The position numbers and the translations under genes are program-made. From assembly GCF_001194135.2 (NCBI RefSeq), contig NC_068987.1, positions 80,237,805 through 80,301,804 on the forward strand: 64,000 bases of DNA, written 5' to 3'. Below, piece after piece: positions 50,474 to 60,900 of the stretch. The notes beneath the pieces are model-generated. The model did no database searches, was not told where the DNA came from, and saw only the letters and a list, made by a program, of their open reading frames with translations. The stretch's first letter is position 1. Each line of letters begins with the position of its first letter. This DNA comes from Octopus bimaculoides. Lineage: Eukaryota.

Positions 50474-53400
50474 TCTTACTCAGTAACAAAACAGGCAAAG
50501 GAATATCTAAGTGAATTCCAATTGCAACAAATTCAAGAATTAGACGAACTAGAAACACCTGCAGNNNNNNNNNNNNNNNNNNNNNNNNNNNNNNNNNNNN
50601 NNNNNNNNNNNNNNNNNNNNNNNNNNNNNNNNNNNNNNNNNNNNNNNNNNNNNNNNNNNNNNNNNNNNNNNNNNNNNNNNNNNNNNNNNNNNNNNNNNNN
50701 NNNNNNNNNNNNNNNNNNNNNNNNNNNNNNNNNNNNNNNNNNNNNNNNNNNNNNNNNNNNNNNNNNNNNNNNNNNNNNNNNNNNNNNNNNNNNNNNNNNN
50801 NNNNNNNNNNNNNNNNNNNNNNNNNNNNNNNNNNNNNNNNNNNNNNNNNNNNNNNNNNNNNNNNNNNNNNNNNNNNNNNNNNNNNNNNNNNNNNNNNNNN
50901 NNNNNNNNNNNNNNNNNNNNNNNNNNNNNNNNNNNNNNNNNNNNNNNNNNNNNNNNNNNNNNNNNNNNNNNNNNNNNNNNNNNNNNNNNNNNNNNNNNNN
51001 NNNNNNNNNNNNNNNNNNNNNNNNNNNNNNNNNNNNNNNNNNNNNNNNNNNNNNNNNNNNNNNNNNNNNNNNNNNNNNNNNNNNNNNNNNNNNNNNNNNN
51101 NNNNNNNNNNNNNNNNNNNNNNNNNNNNNNNNNNNNNNNNNNNNNNNNNNNNNNNNNNNNNNNNNNNNNNNNNNNNNNNNNNNNNNNNNNNNNNNNNNNN
51201 NNNNNNNNNNNNNNNNNNNNNNNNNNNNNNNNNNNNNNNNNNNNNNNNNNNNNNNNNNNNNNNNNNNNNNNNNNNNNNNNNNNNNNNNNNNNNNNNNNNN
51301 NNNNNNNNNNNNNNNNNNNNNNNNNNNNNNNNNNNNNNNNNNNNNNNNNNNNNNNNNNNNNNNNNNNNNNNNNNNNNNNNNNNNNNNNNNNNNNNNNNNN
51401 NNTGGTTTCTTAAACATTCACTTGAACAAAACTGTACAAATCCAAATATATGGTACCCTAGGCATAACACCTACATGAACTTCTAACTTGTTGTCTCTTG
51501 AGGTCTCTGGGTGAGACTTGGATCCAACTTGTACAAATGCAAAACAAAAGTCAAACATAAAATAATAATAATAATAATATATTCAAATTCTTTTACAAGC
51601 TAATTGAAGCGGTAAATATATTCCACAAAATAGATAGTTTATTAGGATTATTCCTACCTGAGAATAAAACAATCAGAAGCAGAAATGAAGAGATCTATAG
51701 ATAGCCGTTTGTTTACTTAAAATACATTAACTCAAAAGAAAACACAGCAGCAAGACTATACAGATACGAAACGAGAAAAAGGTAAAAAAAAAAAACAATT
51801 ATCAAAAAATCTTTGGAAGTTGAATTTTAATATTGGAAGAAGCTTCCTTTATGCTTTTAAAAATGCCCCATTGTCATAGATTCAGTATATAAATATTGGA
51901 AACAAATTACACAGATACGAATTGTTAAGAACAGTTAATTGTTAATCAAATAAATAAATACATATTCAGTAATGACTATAATACTAAGTATACAATAATG
52001 CAGAATATTTGTATGACCAAGCTAGAAATCGTAGTTCTGAAGAGAAATAATCGTTTCTTGATTGATACATAGGGTCAGAAATATTGGTTTTAAATTTTGG
52101 CACAAGGCCAGCAATTTCGGGGCGGGGTAAATCGGTACTTATTCTATCGACCCGAAATTATGAAAGGCAAAGTTGACCCCGATGATAGTTGAACTCAGAA
52201 CGTCGGAAAAAATGTCGTTAAATACTTTTTCCGAGGCGACCACGATTTTACCAACTCACCGTTTTAGAGGCTATAAATTACTGAGAGAGGGAAATGAATC
52301 GATACAATCGACCGGTATTTTTATGTTATTATACCCGATAGGATGAAAAGGAAAATTGACCACAACGGAAACTGAACCAAGGACGTTAGGAGCCGAAAGA
52401 TATTCCGTTCGGCAATTTGTTCGACGCTCTGATGAGTCTACCATGGTTGTATTGTTAATGACAATAGTTTTAATAATAATAATGATGTTAATGGTTGCTA
52501 ATTTGGGCAACAAGGTCAACGATTTTAAATAGGGGCGAGAGGCTAGTCGATACTATCAATCCCCGTTCTTGGATGGCAATTTATTTTATAGACCTCGAAA
52601 GGAGAAATGGCAAACAACAACAACAATTCTTTGAAATTTGACACAAAGCCTGTAATTTTTGGAGAGGAGATTATCGATTGCATGAACCCCAGTGTTCAAC
52701 AGGTATTTATTTTATCGAACCCGAAATAATGGAAAGCAAAGTCAACCTCAGCAGCATTTGAACTCAGAACGTAAAGCGCCGAAAGAAATGCTGCTTAATA
52801 TTTTCTTGGATGCGGTAGCGGTTCTGTCTGCTCACCGCTCGGATCTATTTCAAAACGGGGGCACCAGTTTTCATTTATGTTTTATGTAGTGTTTTTGGTA
52901 CGGAAAGACTTTCAAACTTCGTATACTTATCTATTTTGTGTTATAGAACAGAAAAAAATTTTTGTAAAACATTAATGAAAAATGTGGCCCCCGTTTTAAA
53001 ATAGATCCTTGTTCAGTGTAATTTTCTACTGACAGGAAATATCGATTACTGCAGTAAGTAGAATTCGTCCACATTCCAAAGCAGCTATGCGATGTATCAA
53101 CAGATTGATAAAATACGTGCAAATCATAACTTCCATGGATTGTAGACATACGTTGTAGAGACCCTTTTTTAAAATAAACATGGAATGAGAAATGCTATTA
53201 GCAAGATGCACAGGCCGATAATAAATGAGAATATAACGATAGCCAATTCTGTTGCTCATTTACGCAATTTCTTATATACTTGCATAATTGCAACAACAGA
53301 CTTTGCACAATTAAATAAACAAGTTATCATTACAAAATACAGAAGCTGCCAACACGCAAAAGATAATTGGAAGCATAAAATGAAGTATGAAATCGATATT

Positions 53401-55378
53401 CTATGTAACGAAACAAGTAAAATATAATTCTCGAGATAGTATATAACTCTCCGAGAAAATTTAATCAAAATATATACTGTATGACGATTAAATGCAACAT
53501 AAATAGCAAGTAAATGTAGTTATAAGTACTGAAATACTTATAAAAGTTTTTATAAAATATATCAAAAAAGCATGACTTCCAAGGAAAAGTCTTTGAAAAC
53601 AACCCTTAAAAATTGTATACGATATAACGGCTTATAAGTTAACAAAGCTTTAAATAAACAGAAAGATTTTGGAAATAATTTTTGAAAATGAAGTTGAAAA
53701 TAGAGGCGTATATAGGAATAATAGAAATTAAATGGTCATACCCAAGATCATTATTTTCGAGAACTGAAAATGTACAGGCGTCATTGCACTTTCATAAGGC
53801 GGCGAACTGACAGAATCGTTAGCATTCCGGACAAAATGCTTAGCGGCATTTCGTCCCTCTTTACGTTCTGAGTTCGATTCTTACATGGTAAGAATTGTTT
53901 TAGAAAAATCGAGTCACCTGACCTTGATTCCACAACAAACTATTTTAGACAAGATGGATAAGGAAGTGCAGAGAAAAAACAACACAAAATGTCCTCATCA
54001 TATCTGAGACGATCTTCAATATTGTTGGAACAGAATTACAAGTTGTTATCTAACGAACTTGGTTGAGAGAATGCCAAAAGTTACGTAAATCTAATCAAGA
54101 TAAAATCCAATTATTTGTGAATAGTTAACATAGAAGATATTTGTGTTTGATAATCATTTCGTAATCTCACTGCACAAGACAGGCTTGTGTTTTTAGTATT
54201 TCAAAGTTTTCGGTCTGATGTCAAAAGATTAAACAGACAAAAGCTATAACACTTCTCTTCGTAGGCGTCCACTCTTTTACCTCTTGCTTGCATTGTATTT
54301 TTAGTCGCTACTTTTCAAAGAGACAGTATTGTTGCTTCAGACTTAAAAAAAAACCCACTTTTCATTCATCTGTTTAATGCTATTTTAAGAAAATATTTTC
54401 TTAAATCCATCTTCCAACAAACATTAAATTTGCTTTTAATCAATTTATTTCTGCAAAATGTAAACATTCAAATGTTTCCCAGTATTTTTCCAATTAAGCA
54501 GAATCATACCACAAATAGATTCCTTTATGGTGAATAACTGAAGCAAATGAAAAAAAGGAGACATGAAATACTTCAGTGTAAAATAAATGAATCTATGAAT
54601 AACTTCTCTTGTTTCCAAGAAGATAAGACAGGTGTTATGTGTCAATGAAGGAGCATGTATTTTATAACACACAGTTGTTGAGTTGCTATTTCAAATTTTG
54701 TACAATATTTACACCGAGGTTCAGAATTCAACTCCTACTGAACATGAACTATTATTCAGCTTTGATTTTCGGTTGAAGTCATACCCTTCACTTTTACTGC
54801 TTACATCATTGCGAAAATAAATATATGTGGCAGCCTTCGATATTCTTTATATTTCTAAGCAAGAAAAGCATTCTTACTCCTTTAATTTTACATAACTTTA
54901 AATTCTATATTGAAATCCTGATGAAACATACTGTCTTTCACCAAATTAATAAAAGTTGTGTCCATGACTAACCTAGTGTCGCGAAAAATCTCTTGATGAA
55001 AAATGGGATCGTGAATGAAAAAAGTTTAAGAAGCGCTGTATTAAAGGAAAAAGAAAACAAAACCAAGGCAGCGACGGCCGTCTCAAGTCATTTAGAATAT
55101 TTAATTAGAGTAAAGGTGAATCAAAGAAGAAGTACTTCTACTAATTTTTTATTCACCATTACTCTAATTAAATAATGGCTTGCTAGCGCAAAAGACACAC
55201 TTCTGTTTATCATTTTCCCCCCATTTTCTTCTCGCCTATATCAATTAAACTACGGTTACTCGCTAAACTAGCTGCTGCCGTATACCTTTAACCAAAGAAT
55301 ACACCTACTGAGGTATTTACCAGAAGTGCCTTTGGATATAGCTCTCCCTTGGAGGCTTTAAACACCTCTAACTTATAC

Positions 55379-55426
<48 letters not shown>

Positions 55427-56365
55427 NNNNNNNNNNATATATATATATATACATACATACATACATACATCTGTGAGTGTGTATGCATAAACGTACACAC
55501 ACATACACACGCACACATACACAGATACACATAATATACATATTTAGGAACACATACGATTGAATCATCAAATGTAGGAAAATTCAATATCTACTTAATA
55601 CATAGAATAATGTTAATCCCGTTCGTATATTTAAAAGCATAAGCATCTCCCAACGCTTAATCTGGCTTTCTGTAATTTATGAAAAAATAAAAATTCAACG
55701 ATATCAAAATAGAAAAACTTTCTTCATCTTGTGATCGTCGGAATAGCGATTCTAACAGTTATAGTATCATCCCTGTAAATCATGGATAATTAGTTATTCA
55801 AAGGGTTAAATTGTATCGTTTGTAAATTTTCTTCATTTTCTCATTTTATGATCCACGAAACTACTGGTTACGATGAAAGGAAAATCCCAGCTCTTTATAT
55901 GCATGCATACATACATACATACGTATATGTGTATGTGTGTTTATATACATATATATACGTTTATGTATATATATATATATCATAGGCGCAGGAGTGGCTG
56001 TGTGGTAAGTAGCTTGCCTACCAACCACATGGTTCCGGGTTCAGTCCCACTGCGTGGCATCTTGGGCAAATGTCTTCTACTATAGCCTCGGGCCGACCAA
56101 AGCCTTGTGAGTGGATTTGGTAGACGGAAACTGAAAGAAGACCGTCGTATATATGTATATCTATGTGTGTGTGTGTTTGTGTCTCTGTTTGTCCCCCTAG
56201 CATTGCTTGACAAACAATGCTGGTGTGTTTATGTCCCCGTCACTTAGCGGTTCGGCAAAAAGAGACCAATAGAATAAGTACTAGGCTTACAAAGAATAAG
56301 TCCTGGGGTCGATTTGCTCGACTAAAGGCGGTGCTCCAGCATGGCCGCAGTCAAATGACTGAAAC

Positions 56366-56413
<48 letters not shown>

Positions 56414-56768
56414 ATATATACAGACACACATGCATATCTTTTTAAAAGGAGGGCTTCGCTTCATCAATAGTTCTAGTCTCCTGATAGGATTCGTCATGCC
56501 GACCAGACAGGTATATTGGTTTCAAAAGGCTTGAGGATTTTTCTCTCAGCGTAACTAGCTATTTGTAACATTCGTTCCGGATTGCTAGCTATTTCATATG
56601 ATTCCAACTCGTTTCATGGTAGCCTTTAGTACGTAATTATAATCCATTCTTTTCTTTTACCTTTAGTTTCATTCCACTTTAAAACATGTATATATATTTA
56701 TATAAGACACTAACGCAATTCATACATAGACTGTATGCACACATTATAAAGATATGTGTGTGTGAGCA

Positions 56769-56800
<32 letters not shown>

Positions 56801-57907
56801 TGTGTAAGATACTGGAGGAGCTGACACCAAACTTTGGAATTGGGAGTTATACCAGACCTCGAACTGGACATCACTTCACAGTTCCAAAGTCTCAGCTGTC
56901 CTATCTAAGGTAAAGATCATGTACAGCAATAGCGTGGAATTCAAAGGCCTACAGCTATTTAACGCCTTGCCAAAACATCTGAGTGATCTCTATGGAAACA
57001 TTTGAGTGATCACTATGGAAACATCTGAGTGATCTCTATGGAAACATCTGAGTGATCACTATGGAAACATCTGAGTGATCTCTATGGAAACATCTGAGTG
57101 ATCACTATGGAAGCATCTGAGTGATCTTTATGGAAACAGATTGACCTCTTGCTATCCAAGATACCACTTGAACCAATATCAAGGCAGGAAACTGAAAAGA
57201 GGGCAGCAGTGTCGAACTCCTTCCTTCACCAAAAGCTAGTCACATAGAATTGGCCAATTAAAAGGTGATTACACAGGTGGTGTTCCAGTATGGCCATAGC
57301 CTTAGGGCTGAAACATATAATTGAATAATATATATATATATATTATTCAATTATATTCAATTATATATATATATATATATANNNNNNNNNNNNNNNNNNN
57401 NNNNNNNNNNNNNNNNNNNNNNNNNNNNNNNNNNNNNNNNNNNNNNNNNNNNNNNNNNNNNNNNNNNNNNNNNNNNNNNNNTACGTTCTGAATGTGAACG
57501 TTTACATTTTTTTTTTACTAGGATAAATGTCTGTCCGTCCTATCAGTTCTTCTTAGTCTAATGTTATATTAATGCACGAGTTACAACATCAAAAACTCAA
57601 CTTTGACTATTATCCCTGATCATATCAGTCAACTAAATAATTTCTTTTGATATTCCATATCACTTAAATGTTACTCTTCTTTGTTGATGCTTCATTGTAG
57701 ATGAAACCGTTTTCTTAAAATACATACACACACACATACATGTATGCGTATATATGTGTCTGTGTGAATCTGTGCGGATGTATCTGTGTGTATGAATGTA
57801 TGTATATATATATGTATTTATATATGTATGGATGTAAGTATAAACGTGTATGTACATATATATGAAGTTATATAAATTTATGTATATATACACAGACTCA
57901 CATATAT

Positions 57908-57939
<32 letters not shown>

Positions 57940-60900
57940 CTATATATATATATATTTATATATATATATATATGTTGAAGAGTGGGTGGCAAAATATTAA
58001 TGACTGTTAGCTATGTGTACCTAGGACGAGGCAGAGAATGCCCGTTGGCGAGTGAGTTTCTCTCCACTGGAGACAGAAAATAAATCAGACCTTTAGCAGG
58101 AGAAAATAGAGATACTTATATTTGAAAGAGAATGTGAGAGCGAGAGATAGAGAGAGAGAGAGGGAGTAAAAGAGAATGAAAAATAATGTTTAGTAGTGAC
58201 TAGGAAACAACGTTTTAGAGAATTAGATTAGTTATTATGCAAAATTGAGGGAGACGGTTCATCTAAGTGATTAACGTTATTTTGAAACGAAATTTTTTAA
58301 CACAACAGATATCGATCAATTGATCTATCGTTTGATCTATGAAAGACAGAGAGATAGATAAGTAGACAGATAGGTAGATAAATAGATAGACAGACAGATA
58401 AGTAGATAGATAGATAGATAGATAGGTAGGTAGGTAGGTAGGTAGGTAGGTAGATAGATGGATAGATGGATCGAGCGATCGATCGATACTAAATTCATGT
58501 GAAGAAAAATGTATGGAGAACAATTTTGGGCTTAACTTTATTTACCCTCGTGAGAATTTTCAATCTAACTCTCTTAAGGAAATGTCACCAACAATGACTT
58601 TGTGCTTATAAAGGGCAAAGCTAAAGTTATTCAATAAAGANNNNNNNNNNNNNNNNNNNNNNNNNNNNNNNNNNNNNNNNNNNNNNNNNNNNNNNNNNNN
58701 NNNNNNNNNNNNNNNNNNNNNNNNNNNNNNNNNNNNNNNNNNNNNNNNNNNNNNNNNNNNNNNNNNNNNNNNNNNNNNNNNNNNNNNNNNNNNNNNNNNN
58801 NNNNNNNNNNNNNNNNNNNNNNNNNNNNNNNNNNNNNNNNNNNNNNNNNNNNNNNNNNNNNNNNNNNNNNNNNNNNNNNNNNNNNNNNNNNNNNNNNNNN
58901 NNNNNNNNNNNNNNNNNNNNNNNNNNNNNNNNNNNNNNNNNNNNNNNNNNNNNNNNNNNNNNNNNNNNNNNNNNNNNNNNNNNNNNNNNNNNNNNNNNNN
59001 NNNNNNNNNNNNNNNNNNNNNNNNNNNNNNNNNNNNNNNNNNNNNNNNNNNNNNNNNNNNNNNNNNNNNNNNNNNNNNNNNNNNNNNNNNNNNNNNNNNN
59101 NNNNNNNNNNNNNNNNNNNNNNNNNNNNNNNNNNNNNNNNNNNNNNNNNNNNNNNNNNNNNNNNNNNNNNNNNNNNNNNNNNNNNNNNNNNNNNNNNNNN
59201 NNNNNNNNNNNNNNNNNNNNNNNNNNNNNNNNNNNNNNNNNNNNNNNNNNNNNNNNNNNNNNNNNNNNNNNNNNNNNNNNNNNNNNNNCGTAGCCGTGGC
59301 TGTGTGGTAAGAAGCTTGCTCCCCAACCAAATGGTTTCGAATTCAGTCCCAAAGCGTGGTACCTTGGGCAAGTGTTTTTTTACTATAGCCTCATGCCGAC
59401 CAAAGCCTTGTGAGTGGATATAGTAGAGAGAAACTGAATGAAACCCGTCGTATATATATATATATATATATATATTCTCTTATTCCTTTCTGTTGAAGAG
59501 CGTAGGCTCGAAACGTAAAATACTTTTTCATTCTCCCCGAGCGTCAAACTAATACACAGGCTTGTTATTCATACACCTGTCTTCGTCTTTTGTTTTTCTA
59601 TGTTTCAACTATGTGTGTGTGTATCTTTGTGTGAGTGTATTCGTGTATGTGTTTGTACCCCACCATCGCTTAGCAATCGGTGTTAGTGCGTTCATGTTCT
59701 CGTAACTTAGCGCTTCGGCAAAAAAGAACCGGTAGAATAAGTACTGGGTTTAAAAAGATATGTTTAGCGGTATTTCGTTCTGAGTTCAAATTCTGCCGAG
59801 GTGATTTTGCCTTTCATCCTTTCGAGGTCGATAAATTAAGTACTAGTTACGTACTGGGGTCAATGTAATCGACTTACTCCCCTTGTCTGTCCTTGTTTGT
59901 CCCCTCTATGTTTAGCTCCATGTGGGCAGTAAAGAAATAAGAAACGTTAGCACACCAGGTGAAATGCTTAGCGGTATTTCGTCTGCCACTGCGTTCTGAG
60001 TTCAAATTCCGCCGAGGTCGACTTTGCCTTTCATCCTTTCGGGGTCGATAATTTAAGTACCAGTTACGCACTGGGGTCGATATAATCGACTTAATCCGTT
60101 TGTCTGTCCTTGTTTGTCCCCTCTGTGTGTAGCCCCTTGTGGGCAGTAAAGAAATAGGTATTTCGTCTATTTTCACGTTCTGAGTTCAAATTCCACCGAG
60201 GTCGACTTTGCCTGTCATCTTTTCGGGGTCGATAAATTAAGTACTGGAGTTGTTCTAATCGACTGGCCCCTCCCCCAAAGTTTCGGGCCTTGTGCCTAGA
60301 GTAGAAAAGAATACTTACCCGCGAAGGAGGGATTTCAACGAACGTAAAAGTTTCGTTCCACTCTGGTGACGAGCATTCCAAAATTGTTGTGGTTTCGAAA
60401 ACTTGTGATTCACTATAAAAGAAGAAAAATGATTAACACTTTGATGATGATGTTTATTTAACGCTTAAATAAGATTTTTCAAAAATCTAGAGAAGTAATG
60501 CGACGCTTTTTAATTTAATCATATTTACATTGTAAATAAACACATGTCTACAATTTGGTAAATACATCTGATAAGCAATAGAATAATTTAGAAAATAATA
60601 GAAGACCACTACACTTTGCTCTTTTTTAGATTTAATTGTTTCAGCCATTAGACTGTGACCAAGCTGGGGCATCACCTTCAACAATTTTAATCAAGCGAAT
60701 CAACCCCAGTATGTAAGTCTGGAAGTTATTCTAGAGGTTTCCTTTGGTAAACCGCATAATTACGGAAGCGTAAACGCGCCAGCACAGTTTGTCAAGCGGA
60801 GGTTGGGACAAAGGCAGAAACAAGCACACACACACTGAAGCTTAGTACGACTTGAAATAGTTTCAATGAGGAATCAAAACTAAGAATTGCTTTCTCTGAC

